A stretch of 64,000 nt of DNA from Eukaryota sp. TZLM1-RC (GCA_040285825.1 JAUPSS010000005.1:1612001-1676000); one strand, 5' to 3'; shown: positions 23,793-34,949, counted from the stretch's first letter. Notes: generated by a model from the sequence alone, not told the origin. Program-made: numbers and translations.

Positions 23793-25634
23793 TTACACAA
23801 GATCTGCAAAGGCTTCCCTTTTACTATCCTCTTTACCTACAAAGAACATCACTTGCCCATCATCAGCTGCAGTAGCTAATACACAATTGTCATGGAATAA
23901 GGGACAAAAAGCTACACTATTAACCAACTGAGTATTACCCCTAATAAAGCTAACAGGTTTCAAAACATTTGGTGACCTTTTATTTGAATTAAATCTCCAC
24001 ACTGGTACTCTACCATCCTCAGAACCAATAGAGATAAAGACTTCATTGTCAGAAACCTTGAAGATACCAGCCTCAATTTGGAATTTGCCACTTTTATGTC
24101 CCTTTAAGGTAATGGAATAAGCAACAGGGCTCGAGAGATCATTACACAGAGGTTTTTCTTCAAAGGGAGGAAAATTTGAAACATTAAATGGTCTTGAGCT
24201 CTTTATCTTGTCAAAGTCAATCAAAGTCAAGATTTGACACGTTGAATTATGACCTGTTGCAAGAAATATATTGACTGTGGTACCGAATTTGAAAGAATCA
24301 AGTGAGATGATTTGATTTTCAATATTTACAAAGGAAAAAAACTCTAATTCAGTATTTTTGCAAATTGACTCAAATATTGAAGAATTCTTAACCCCAATCA
24401 AACGTGATCCTCTTTCCCCTGGAACGTCAGCAACAGCAACCAACACGTCATTGATTGTAATCAAATGATTGACAGGTAAAAACTTGAATTTTGCAAGCTG
24501 AACCACAGTAGCTCCACTCAATACTTGGAATAGAACCAAAAAGGAGTCTTCATCAGCAATCTCCTTGTTATATACTAAACTGACGACAAAATAAACTTTG
24601 TTATTAAAAGAGAAAAACTTTAAACTTCTAAAAAAACCCTCACCATCGGCAAGTCCAAAATCAGAAAGATTGGATTCAAACAGATAAAAACCGTTGCTAA
24701 CATTGACAACTCTCAATACATTATTCGAAATTACCCCAATTACTTGAGAATTCATACTGAAATCTAAATCATTAATTGGTTCTGGAAAGGAATGATGTTT
24801 TGGATTTGAAAGTCGTTGAAAGTCTTGCGGTGACGTCATAGTATCGATTGAAAAGAGATCAAATCCATTAGTCCCAAAAACAACCAAAAATTTGCCCCCG
24901 TCACAAAACCGGACACTCCAGGCCTCTCCTTCTATTCTTACACCACCTACCTCAATGGACGGCACCTCTATGGGCCGACATTTATGCTCGCCAAGTAAGC
25001 TTAGAGGAGTGGTGGAACAGTGAAAAGGGCAAGTGAGGAGCTCGTAAGCCAGTGACCTTGAACAAATGGAGTCAAATCTGTGTTCGGGAAGTAGCCATTC
25101 TGAAGGTACTACACTACTGAGTTCTGTCAGGCAATCAAATGGAGAGTCGTTCTTGACCCCCACATGACGTGATTTTGCCCAGACTTCTGCAGAATTCCTG
25201 GCAAGTAATAGCATTGACAGCTGGTGCAGGTGTTGTTTTGAAGTGATTGGAGTGAGTTCGTTGCGAAGAATATCGAGTGCGGTGTTGGGTGCGGTCAGTA
25301 TTGAGTTGATATACTTACGCCGAAGTAGGAGAACTTTTGCGATCATTCGTTGTTTGTTATCTGTGAACGGGATTGAATCAAGCATATCGATGGCGTCATC
25401 CCAGTGGGTTGAGAGAACATGTTTGCGGAATTTCTCAGCACTTGGAGAGTTTGCTTGAACTCCAGAGTTGTGGGAAAGTTGAGCAGCAATGTCTGCATAG
25501 CCCCATGAATCTAAGGCTTGTAGGACCACTCGGATTTGCTCAGAGTGAAGTTGTTGTACTCGATTTTGAGCAGTGGATAGCAGAGAAGAATCTGACGATG
25601 TTGCTTTTGAGAATGACTCACTAGCAGATTTCAT
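23793..25634 (-). CDS. WDR26: LisH-CTLH-WD40 protein, WDR26/GID7-like
   Basis: EQIRVVLQALDSWGYADIAAQLSHNSGV (LisH), FRKHVLSTHWD (CTLH), LLPEHRF..CPFH, EAWSVRF, GSEDGRV.VW, LATAADDGQV. Confidence 0.8.
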   Translation of the reverse strand: MKSASESFSKATSSDSSLLSTAQNRVQQLHSEQIRVVLQALDSWGYADIAAQLSHNSGVQANSPSAEKFRKHVLSTHWDDAIDMLDSIPFTDNKQRMIAKVLLLRRKYINSILTAPNTALDILRNELTPITSKQHLHQLSMLLLARNSAEVWAKSRHVGVKNDSPFDCLTELSSVVPSEWLLPEHRFDSICSRSLAYELLTCPFHCSTTPLSLLGEHKCRPIEVPSIEVGGVRIEGEAWSVRFCDGGKFLVVFGTNGFDLFSIDTMTSPQDFQRLSNPKHHSFPEPINDLDFSMNSQVIGVISNNVLRVVNVSNGFYLFESNLSDFGLADGEGFFRSLKFFSFNNKVYFVVSLVYNKEIADEDSFLVLFQVLSGATVVQLAKFKFLPVNHLITINDVLVAVADVPGERGSRLIGVKNSSIFESICKNTELEFFSFVNIENQIISLDSFKFGTTVNIFLATGHNSTCQILTLIDFDKIKSSRPFNVSNFPPFEEKPLCNDLSSPVAYSITLKGHKSGKFQIEAGIFKVSDNEVFISIGSEDGRVPVWRFNSNKRSPNVLKPVSFIRGNTQLVNSVAFCPLFHDNCVLATAADDGQVMFFVGKEDSKREAFADLV

Positions 25635-25834
25635 ATCTGAAATGGAGTGTCTCCGTGCAATCTTGGAGGGAGGAGGGGCTGTAATTGTTTAATAAATATA
25701 TGATAGTCCTTTGGCAAAGGATATATTTTCAAACAAATCAAATTCTATTTTTGATAAGCACTGATCCAAACCATGGCGGTTTAGGTTGGACAAAAGCCTC
25801 AATTCTTAAGTTCAATAAATTTGTTTTCTGATAA

Positions 25835-26200
25835 TAATTTTTATTAAAACACATATAAATCAAAATCCAAATGATACATCTCTTCCAAAACAAACAACTG
25901 GACGCAATTCTCTCATTGTGAGATTCAGGAAAGATCAAAGCATCAGAAACCGTCTTCAACATACCCTTAAAATAGAAAAAACAATACTTTTCTGCCTAAA
26001 CAATCTGTGGATATATTTCTGGTTTTACATTTTTAAATCAGTTCAAAATCTACCAAAATAGATATAGGGCGCTCAGAGCAACTGAACTAAATAGAGAAAG
26101 TACAATTGAAGATTCACTAAATATCATGAATTTCTATTTTCTGCATTTCAAAATGGATTATGAACTCTAGAATTAGCTAACCTTTTACTTAAGACATAAC
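25835..26200 (-). mobile_element. Degenerate 3' relic of CRE-like subfamily B
   Basis: FKGMLKTVSDAL..SHNERIASS, similar to the 18890-19010 terminus. Confidence 0.7.
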
Positions 26201-27479
26201 AAGAGTCAAACGACATCACATTCACTACTTCCATAAAAAAATATTAATTAAATTTGTTGAGAATAATCAACAAGGCATTAGTAATTTTATCTTAACACCA
26301 GAACACGCTATTTTACGTTATTCTTAAGAAACTTCAAATGACATTGCAGCTTTTTTTTGGCAATTTTGGAATATCGTTGAGGACCTCAATTGAAGAAATG
26401 GCTTTTCAATCCAGATAGAACAACCATCAACATTTGATACTTAGGATTTTAGACATATTTTAGAAATTTTCTTGTAAATATAATTGTTCAAGCTCCCATG
26501 TGTTTCACTTGTTGTGAAGACGATGAAAACAAGGACTACTTTGCTACTCAATGACAGTCTCGTAAGCATAATTTCCTGACAACCGTTGATTGTGAATTGT
26601 TTAAACTATATTCTTTTCTCAAACATTGTGTTTCTGTCGAAATATTTCCAAAAACAATGAATTATTTTATATGCTGTTTCAAGTCAATCAGTGACATTAC
26701 GCATGTTCACTGAAAACGGAGTTATACTTGGGGCTCTTATTTCTACAGAGACCTGAATAAGGGGATGTAAAACCTTAATAGCTTTACAATTGATACAAAA
26801 AAAAAGTCCATTTTCAGAATTACACACTGGTCATTTTGCAAAACATGCAACAAAAACTACCATTGAATGGGAGAAAATGTTGAAAAACTTATTGTGCTGA
26901 ATCTAATTCAATATTTTATTATTTTAATTCAATATTTTTTATGTTTTTCGGGACACGTTCTAGAATTAAGACTTCTGATTCCTGAACCACTATTTCGTCC
27001 TTATTTAGGATGCTTTAAAAAGGATCAAATTTGCTTTGTAACACCTTGTCTTCTCAGGAAGGTGTACCATATAGCAACAGCTGTTATGTTCTCTGAACAC
27101 TTTTGGATTTTGTCTACCCCCAAATAGAAAAATTCGAAATTTTCACATTTGCCACATTTAGCATCCACAGTAGTACGTCTGGCGTTAAGCAGATTTCCTG
27201 CATCTAGTCAAAGAGTTTTTATGGCCAGAGAAAAAGGCTATACACTCAGGAAGTCTGGAGATGTCTTACTAAGTACATGAAATTTACTTGACTTCATTTC
27301 TCAAAAATGTAAGCATGTCTGACTTACAAATTTCATTTCAAGAAATTTGAGACACTTTCTTGATCAACTCAAACAATGAATTTAATCATAAGTATGCTTA
27401 ATACAAAACATTTACTAAGTATCATTTGGGTAGCATTCAATAAGTACTGTTCTAATCAATTCAGTGTGACCTTGTACAA

Positions 27480-27692
27480 TATGTGACTTAATCAATTACT
27501 CAATTAAGCACCCCACAAAAATCACTGGATAACAGATCCAGAAGAACTGCATGTTGGCAAACATGCATTGACTTTGGTTTGAATAGTTGATGTGTATACG
27601 GACAATAACAACTGAATTGGAGAAAGGTAAACTGAATTTAGAAAAGATTTGTACTTTGATGTAAAAACATTGGTTATTTCGAGTGTTTCATA
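27480..27692 (-). repeat. Dispersed repeat, inverted copy of 43473-43700; probably decayed DNA-transposon sequence
   Basis: Shared blocks such as ACACATCAACTATTCAAACCAAAGTCAATG and GGATCTGTTATCCAGTGAT..TGTGGGGTGCTTAATT. Confidence 0.8.
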
Positions 27693-28033
27693 TCACCTAT
27701 TTTGAGCTCCTCATCCCAAAAATCCTTTTTCCCTTGAAATTTCATCAAAGTACTTAGGTATTTTCTTAACTTAATATGGTCTTCCCTTACCTCGACTTCA
27801 CAATCTAAACAGTTTTCTATAACCAATAAAACTAAAGTGTTGCTCTTGGATTCCCCTTGTTCATTATTATTGCAGTAATGATCATGCAAAGAATTATAAT
27901 GAAAAGAACCACGAAATACTCCTTCTCGTTTTTATAAATTGAATAAGTTGACGTTAATTTCAGAATTCAAAATCACAAATTTTATTGACTTAATAAATAA
28001 TATTTACAATATACTAACAATTAATTAGACACT

Positions 28034-28345
28034 TCATAAATAGCATCTGTTGTACCATTGAAAAGCCATTTGTTGATCTCGTACAACACCCTCGCCTAAT
28101 TCATAAGCCAGACTCAAATTATACATTGCATCCCTCTTTCCCAAATGAGCAGCTTTTTGGTAATAAAGAAACGCTTGCTCAAGGTTTTGCTGAACACCTT
28201 TACCAAAACTATAACAGTAACCTACTCACCATAGCTCCAGAATGGCCAGATTGTGTTCCTTTCTGTAACCATAAAACTGCTTCTTGAAGATCTCGATGAA
28301 CACCTTCACCATTTCTAAAGCAGTCAGCTAAATCAACCATAGCCT
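28034..28345 (-). pseudogene. SEL1-like-repeat gene fragment (frameshifted, 5' part replaced by retroelement RT relic)
   Basis: AMVDLADCFRNGEGVHRDLQEAVLWLQK..GYCYSFGKGVQQNLEQAFLYYQKAAHLGKRDAMYNLSLAYELGEGVVRDQQMAFQWY; frameshift ~28222. Confidence 0.8.
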
Positions 28346-28640
28346 GGACAATACCAGCATCAATGGTTAAACTATCTTTTATGTTTCCTATGAGGAGACT
28401 CTTGTCGGGGTTGAGCAAAAGACCAATATTTCGGTAAAAAAGTGAGTTTCAGAAGCAATTTCATTCACCACATTCAAAGGACCAATAATTGAAATATCAT
28501 CCATATATCCTACTATTTTCAACGTTGGATAACGTTACTGAAATGAATCAAGGAATTGTAAATTCCTAAACAGAACATTAGTGGCCCAAGGGTATCACCT
28601 TATTTTACTCCACAAGATGAGAATAGATTATAAGATTAAT
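28346..28640 (-). mobile_element. CRE-like RT core relic
   Basis: SSCGVK*GDTLGPLMFCLGI..KIVGYMDDISIIG..IGLLLNPDKS. Confidence 0.8.
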
Positions 28641-28870
28641 AAATTAGTTCACTGGCTTTGAAACACATTGACCTTGGTTTAAAAAATTGATACATGTAAG
28701 GACAATAACAACTATATCAGAGGGAGATGAAGTAACTGAATAGTTTTATATTTATATATTTCAGAATAATTAAATTGAAACCTGTATCAATTCAAAAGGA
28801 CCAATTTTCAATTCAATTTCTGTCAAAATTTACTCTAACTACAACCATTTCAATTCTTGACAGTCTAATA

Positions 28871-29473
28871 ATGTCACGTTCATGTCCCATTCATGGATCT
28901 TCCGAGTTTACGTCGTTGTCGTGTTCTCATGTTTTCTGTAACATGTGTTCTAGGGGACATAGATCGCATTGTCCGATTTGTTCTCCAGTAACTAGTTTAC
29001 CAGGAGATGAAGAGATAGCAATGATTAGATCACCAGAGAATCATTCAAACACCCTGCTAAGGCAGCAAACAGAAGATATGCCAAGCTCTCAGCCACTCAA
29101 TTGGATATCCAAGTTGAAAGCCATCAGGGATGATCAAGACACACCAGATAGTCTAACGAAGGTTGAGTACAATCTGTATGATAATGTTTCAGATACACAT
29201 CAAGCTATCAGTATTGAGGAAGTTGATTTCCTTTATGGTCCTGTTGAGTGTAACACTTGCATTCTCAAAGGCTCCTTTATGAACTGGGATGAGGGCATAC
29301 CGATGGAGAGATGTGATTATGATCCAACAGTATTTCAGACAACATTATATTTAGAAAGTTCTAACACCTATGACTTTAAGTTTGTTGTTGATGGAGAGTG
29401 GCATTGTTGTGAACGTTATGAAACACGTGTTGATGCTCAAGGAAACGTCAACAATTTTATAACGATTGAATAA
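28871..29473 (+). CDS. RING-finger + C-terminal CBM48 (AMPK-beta-like glycogen-binding) protein, 200 aa
   Basis: CPIH-x9-CSHVFCNMC-x7-CPIC; ILKGSFMNWD..IPMER..YDFKFVVDGEW..DAQGNVNNFI. Confidence 0.8.
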   Translation: MSRSCPIHGSSEFTSLSCSHVFCNMCSRGHRSHCPICSPVTSLPGDEEIAMIRSPENHSNTLLRQQTEDMPSSQPLNWISKLKAIRDDQDTPDSLTKVEYNLYDNVSDTHQAISIEEVDFLYGPVECNTCILKGSFMNWDEGIPMERCDYDPTVFQTTLYLESSNTYDFKFVVDGEWHCCERYETRVDAQGNVNNFITIE

Positions 29474-29589
29474 ATGATTGACACTTGTATAGAAATGTTG
29501 CAGTTTATTAAAAAAATAGATAATTAATATTCAAAAAAAGATTCACAGTCTCAGATTAAATTTCATTATAGACGAATAATTAAATCATT

Positions 29590-30171
29590 TCAAGATGAAA
29601 CAATAGAAATTCTAGATAATAAACAGGGTATTTCAGACAAATACCCATACCTTTCCTTATCGTTATACAATTCATGTAAAGGTACTGCTACCAACTTATT
29701 ATTCTTGGCTTGGATAAACTCTGCAGTGGGTGGCAGTTGAACAAGATAAACCTTGAGAGTTTCCTTTGCGGAGGAGACATGAGGGGGTAGGAATGGTAGC
29801 ATTCTGGGACCAAGTTCGGGTCTATAGAATGTACCTGCATGTTCTCCAATGTCCCAGTGTATTGAAAGATTTGGATTGAGCTTCGTAGAAAGTTGTCTCT
29901 TTAAACCATCAGTTTCTCCTTCACCTGGATCGAGTCTTCCACCAGGCAGGAGGAAACCACGGGGTCCAGGGGAGTGGAGAAGCAATATATGTGGATATTT
30001 ATGTATATGTGTTAGAAAAATAGCACCTACAGATATTCTGGGACCGTAATTTTGTACGTCTGACTGAAGTCTTTCAAGAAAATTATCCATAGTAGCATCT
30101 TGTATGGGAACAGGATCCCGTAGAGACATGACATAGTTGTCAAGTGGATATGTGTGTATAATCGTGGACAT
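29590..30171 (-). CDS. NUDT21: Cleavage factor Im 25-kDa subunit (CFIm25/CPSF5, Nudix fold)
   Basis: IHTYPLDNY, HKYPHILLL, LPGGRLDPGEGETDGLKRQL, PFLPPHV, KLVAVPLHELYND.RYG. Confidence 0.93.
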   Translation of the reverse strand: MSTIIHTYPLDNYVMSLRDPVPIQDATMDNFLERLQSDVQNYGPRISVGAIFLTHIHKYPHILLLHSPGPRGFLLPGGRLDPGEGETDGLKRQLSTKLNPNLSIHWDIGEHAGTFYRPELGPRMLPFLPPHVSSAKETLKVYLVQLPPTAEFIQAKNNKLVAVPLHELYNDKERYGYLSEIPCLLSRISIVSS

Positions 30172-30215
30172 CGGCTAATAGCACAAAAATGTCAAATAGT
30201 AGCAACCTGTTAAGA

Positions 30216-30930
30216 TTACTGGAAGATGAAGATGAAATGAATCAAGTTGATCTTCTCTAAACTTCTCAAAACTTGAGGTCTTTCATTTCCTTTAAGATAC
30301 TCATCCACAACATGAATCATATCAAGAACAGCATTGACATTACGATTCCATAGACATCCACACTTCTTGCAAGTGAGTAATTCATGTCTAAGGACTGTTG
30401 GAGTCTTTGCTCTCCTGTAAGGTCTTGGGTTAGGTACTCGATGCTTCTTTACATTTTCACCTTCTTTCCCCTTGAGTACACATACCAGACATCGACAACT
30501 AGTTCTATATTCGTCCAGCAGCAATAGACGTAGGTTACGTATTTTAAACTTCTTTTGACAACCAACATTCATTATAGGTGTTTCATGCTTAAAATTGGGT
30601 TGCTTCCAATCACCCATCACTACAATTTTATTTTGTTTAATGGGTAATATTTCTTCTTGGCTGTCGATATCAATGCATTCTTAGCATTTATAATTTTTAT
30701 TACTTATTCTTTCAGGCTGGTCAATTTTCTACCTTTACTTCATTGTTCTCACAAGTTTTTAGTATTCCTTGTTTCTGGTTTTTGAAATCTTTAGCTAACT
30801 GCACCTTTTTCCACATTCCTTCTTCCGAATATGGATAACTGCAACATATTTTACATTATTATTCAATTAAAAATGGTTTTGTCGGCAATCAAATCCAGCA
30901 AATCAATCAAATTATTAGGCTTATCCAAAC
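30216..30930 (-). pseudogene. Decayed Fanzor1-like (eukaryotic TnpB/Cas12-type RuvC) gene
   Basis: IVVMGDW, LLDEYRTSCRCLVC (RuvC-II + CxxC), HELLTCKKCGCLWNRNVNAVLDM (CxxC + RuvC-III with D>N), GNERPQVLR; upstream part riddled with stops, RuvC-I not found. Confidence 0.8.
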
Positions 30931-31099
30931 AAAAATAAACTTACAGTAATAACACAGTAATGGCTCAGTTTTTCGACCAATCCACCATCAACAGATGGGC
31001 CACAAAATAGTTTAAACAATCAGCAGAGTTCAAGTGGTACAATAAATAGAAATGAGACCGCAAGAGAATGAATCAAGTTCTCTTCAGTTTTGACAACAC

Positions 31100-31230
31100 T
31101 AGTTCAATGTAATTACGTTTTGCATTCACCCATGAACTCTTTTCCGTTGTCTGTGTGATTTATTGCCCAGTATGTATGCCAATTTTGATTTTCGTAAGGG
31201 AATTGATGATATTTGCCATATAAGAGGATA
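31100..31230 (-). pseudogene. Possible DDE/rve integrase core relic
   Basis: HTDNGKEFMGEC at 31157-31122 with IPLRK-like motif upstream in another frame; short and degenerate. Confidence 0.35.
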
Positions 31231-31703
31231 TTGAAATAGACTCCAATACAAAATAAATCCTATTATATCTTTGTTATTGCGATATCAACATCTTCCTCTA
31301 CCTCAATAGTTACGATACATTTCAAAACTACTGAAATTGAAGATGAAGTAGTAACAAGTGTTTAACTCGATTAAAACCAATATCACATGATAGTTATTGG
31401 TGTATAATTTGCACCAATTTTGAAATAATATGTAATACCTAGAATACTGACCTTGAAAGACCTGTATAGTTACTGGTTGTCAGAATAGAAATGATGACAT
31501 GGATAAGGAAGGAGTAAAGTTTGTTGATATTCTGAACAAGAACCACCATTCCTAACAGTCATTTGCAAAGTGAAAGAAATTCCCCTTAAGTATTCCAGGT
31601 GAAACCATTGGCGAAAGAGGACAAAGATGAGAACCCAAAGAACTTTTGTTTCAGTTCCTCTTCCTTTCAACATTTAAAGCTGATTTGAAGTACTTTTACA
31701 ACA

Positions 31704-31964
31704 ATGAGGTCTCATTCTTTTGACATAAATCATCAGCATAGTGTTTCTAGATGGGTTTCTTATGTTCTTAAGGCATTAGACTCGCATACTTCCGTGGTAC
31801 TCTCTGCGACAGGAGTCTGTATTAATCGACTTGTTTCTGTAGTGGAAATTGCTAAACGTTCAACAACCCATCAATTATCCCAGAACAACACGATTTCCTA
31901 TGTCCCAGTAAATCATAAGAAAACCTCCAAGATGATTATTGAACTATCAAGATTAGAGGAATAG
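31704..31964 (+). CDS. Small Alba-fold protein (Alba/Rpp25/Pop7-like)
   Basis: VVLSATGVCINRLVSVVEIAKR and C-terminal SKMIIELS. Confidence 0.7.
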   Translation: MRSHSFDINHQHSVSRWVSYVLKALDSHTSVVLSATGVCINRLVSVVEIAKRSTTHQLSQNNTISYVPVNHKKTSKMIIELSRLEE

Positions 31965-33021
31965 CCAGGATTACCGTGTTTATTAACACGCTTGGTTTGT
32001 TTTTCTGTTTCTTTTGTTTAAATATTCTGGTAACAGGAAGTCGTTCTGGTCTCTTCAACATTTTTCAATTGTTTTCCTTTCTTCACCAAGTTAAACCTTT
32101 ATTCTGCGTTATAGAGTCATCAACTACTTATCAAAAGCTATATCTTTGGTGCCTTTCATAAACAAAACTTTTTAAACAACTTTTGCTCATTTCAAAATAT
32201 CATCATTCTATTTCTGCAACAAAAGACAAAAAGTTGCAGTCTGTCTCAGCTTGAAACGTTTGCCCTTTCACAAACCATTCATCATTAAGTTGAAAAAGCC
32301 AAGCTAGCATCTATAAGATGCCTAAAACAAACTCAACCAAGATTTAGTGAAAGTAGATATTTCTGTATCAATCTTAATAAATAGAATGTTCAATAATCTG
32401 ATAACATTATTTTTTTTCGGACAATGAAGCACACTTACACTGAATTATAGAATGAAAATGTGTTTGTTTTTAGGTAAATGTTATTCACACATTTAAATAC
32501 ATATAGATCTTTTCTATGCTTTGTCTCAGGATAGAGATGTATTTGAGCCACGTTTATTTTGAGGTGTTTGTCAAGAGCTATGCTTTGTTAACTGTGGTAA
32601 AAGGAGAAATTAAATTAACAAGACTAATTAATATGCAATTTATCAACACTATTGACTGCACTCAGAATAGTTTTTAAAACTCCAAAAATAGAGAGAAAAA
32701 GAATTCAAAAACACAAATATTGGGAGCTTTGCTGAAAGACAAATACAAATAGTATAGTGTACTATGTAGATTTGCTTTCGCTACATAAAGAAGACTAATG
32801 CTAAGCTAATAGATCAAGTTAACCATGTCCTTTTGCACAATATATGAAAGTTTAACACAGGCTGCCATTGTATACTGCAGAAAGCCAGGGATAAAATTTC
32901 ATCAACCTAGTTAGCAGTGATTTAGAATGAACATTTATCTTTCGCCTTAGGTAAACAACTAATTATTGTGACAAATGCCGTATGTCAATTCAGTTATGTA
33001 ATTTTAAAACAAAAAAATGTG

Positions 33022-33094
33022 TCCCTGATGGCGTAATTGGTAGCGCGTTCGACTTTTAATCGAACGACTCTGGGTTCGAGTCCCAGTCAGGGAG
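33022..33094 (+). tRNA. tRNA-Lys(UUU)
   Basis: Acceptor TCCCTGA/TCAGGGA, D arm GCGT/GCGC, anticodon stem TTCGA/TCGAA with TTT at 33055-33057, T arm CTGGG-TTCGAGT-CCCAG, discriminator G, no CCA, downstream T-run terminator. Confidence 0.96.
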
Positions 33095-33505
33095 ATAATT
33101 TTTTCCATTTATATTCCAATTTGAAATATTTTGCCAAAAACCTCTGGCGATTTGAGCTGATGGGACAAGTCGACCTATTAATAGGCGTCCAATCTTTTTT
33201 AGCAGTGACAGAGACAGAATTTTTGGAATTAGCATCAAGTATCAACGTAGTTTTGTTATTAAAGAATGTTGTTCCGAAAACAATGTGAATTCATACTTCA
33301 TCTTATTCTATCAAGTCTATATAGCCTATTTTTTGAATCAAATATTTTTTTTCTGAAAAGTTAGAAGACTTGTAGAAACCATTATAGCATTATATAGCAT
33401 TCTTAACTGAAATTTATAACAAAATGGCTCTGCATAAAAAAAATGAATAAAAAAAGAACATTTCAAGTTTAAAATAATAGTTTTTATTGCTCCTTAACTT
33501 TTAAC

Positions 33506-34735
33506 TTAAAGAGAATGCAAATGATCTTGAACATCATCAAGTAGTCGAGTTTTGTAACTAGAAACAAACTGTTTCCTTTTTACAATGAAGAAAACCAATG
33601 AAAACAAACTGCAAAAAAATAAAATTAATCTCACAAAAAAACACTCACAGCTACTATTAATAGAATTTCTTTCAAATATTCCCCTAGTCATTCTTAACCA
33701 AGTATTCACTCTATGTTCTCCCCAAATAAATTTACCTAAATATCGTAGTAAAAAACTACTATTTAAGTCAAACGAGCTAGGCTTCAATCTGCCGTTAAAG
33801 TGAAGAATTAAAGATTCTGTTAATAAAGTGGGGTGCTTTTTATCTAAATAGGTTCTGAAATTCCAGTCATCGCTCAAAATGTTGACGTCACCGCGATCAG
33901 AAAAGTATTGACCAATTAATGCTTGATCACCAAACCCAGAAGGAAATCTCCTAGATCTTAACAACTCAACAATTTTATTAAAAGTGGTAATATTTGGGTT
34001 AAATACCATGACCCCAGAATTAATAATAGATTGTGGAGGTCCAGAGCAAGCAGAAAGTTCCGGAAATTCGGTAAAATTTGTCACCTTGTGTTGAACCAAA
34101 CAATCGGAATCCAAGTACAGTGATTTGGTTAGAGGGTGTGATTGCTCAACCTTAGACACCATTTCCATCTCATTAATTCTCCAGACATTAATTTTATTTA
34201 AAGCCTTGATCATTTCAAATGTTCTATGCCACTTGAAATGTTTGTGGTAGGAGCTAAATGGAAGGCTGATCAAATCAAACATCAAAACATTTGTGCAATA
34301 TTTTGTAAGTAACATCACATCTCGCTCGCTGATCAAGGGCGAAACCAAACAAGTAAGAGGGTAGGTAGTGTTGGTGAGCGAAAGAGAAGAAGAGAGAGCA
34401 ATTAGGTCAGGAATGAAGTTGGTATTGACTACCACAGTGATAATGGAGTGAGGAGAGGGGGAGGGAAGAGGAGGAGGGATGGCATAGGAAGCTCTGCATT
34501 TGTTGGTGGATCTGGCATCGTTGGAGGCAAGAAGGGTGAGGGCAAAGAGTAGTAGGGTGTGTTTAAGTAGAAGATGCTTACGTGGCAAAACGTGGCGTTG
34601 TGAGTTAGATAACATTTTGGAAAGAGTATATGTGTTGAGGAGACCCCATAGGAACGATGAAGTAAACGTGAGGGGTTGACACAGAAGAAAGATCGAGGAA
34701 AGCACAGCAGGACAGATTGCCAGGATGAGCAGCAT
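33506..34735 (-). CDS. Membrane-anchored glycosyltransferase family 8 (glycogenin-like)
   Basis: LNKINVW, LYLDSDCLV (DxD), INSGVMVFNP, GDQALI, ILHFNGRLKP; N- and C-terminal hydrophobic segments; start uncertain (first in-frame ATG 34735). Confidence 0.85.
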   Translation of the reverse strand: MLLILAICPAVLSSIFLLCQPLTFTSSFLWGLLNTYTLSKMLSNSQRHVLPRKHLLLKHTLLLFALTLLASNDARSTNKCRASYAIPPPLPSPSPHSIITVVVNTNFIPDLIALSSSLSLTNTTYPLTCLVSPLISERDVMLLTKYCTNVLMFDLISLPFSSYHKHFKWHRTFEMIKALNKINVWRINEMEMVSKVEQSHPLTKSLYLDSDCLVQHKVTNFTEFPELSACSGPPQSIINSGVMVFNPNITTFNKIVELLRSRRFPSGFGDQALIGQYFSDRGDVNILSDDWNFRTYLDKKHPTLLTESLILHFNGRLKPSSFDLNSSFLLRYLGKFIWGEHRVNTWLRMTRGIFERNSINSSCECFFVRLILFFCSLFSLVFFIVKRKQFVSSYKTRLLDDVQDHLHSL

Positions 34736-34949
34736 TGGAGTTAAAGGTGGCTCATTAAAGATACCAGATGCTGAAAGTTGGTTTTGATGATTCACACTTG
34801 CTCATGGATGAGGACTGTCCATCACGTTGCTCCATCATCATAACCAGAAGGATTGTAACTCATGTCTCATGAAAACAAAGTCAAATTACTGTAAGAAATT
34901 GATAATTACCTAAGAATAAAGAATCATCAATTACACAACTAAATTTCCA

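Noticed and set aside
26965-27200. Homeodomain-like WFRNQK and Cys-rich peptide on the minus strand
   Set aside because: Very short, interrupted by stops; cannot be supported without a profile search
34736-34870. Possible 25-nt intron extending the GT8 N-terminus
   Set aside because: Several GT/AG choices and no conserved protein motif to discriminate; needs RNA-seq
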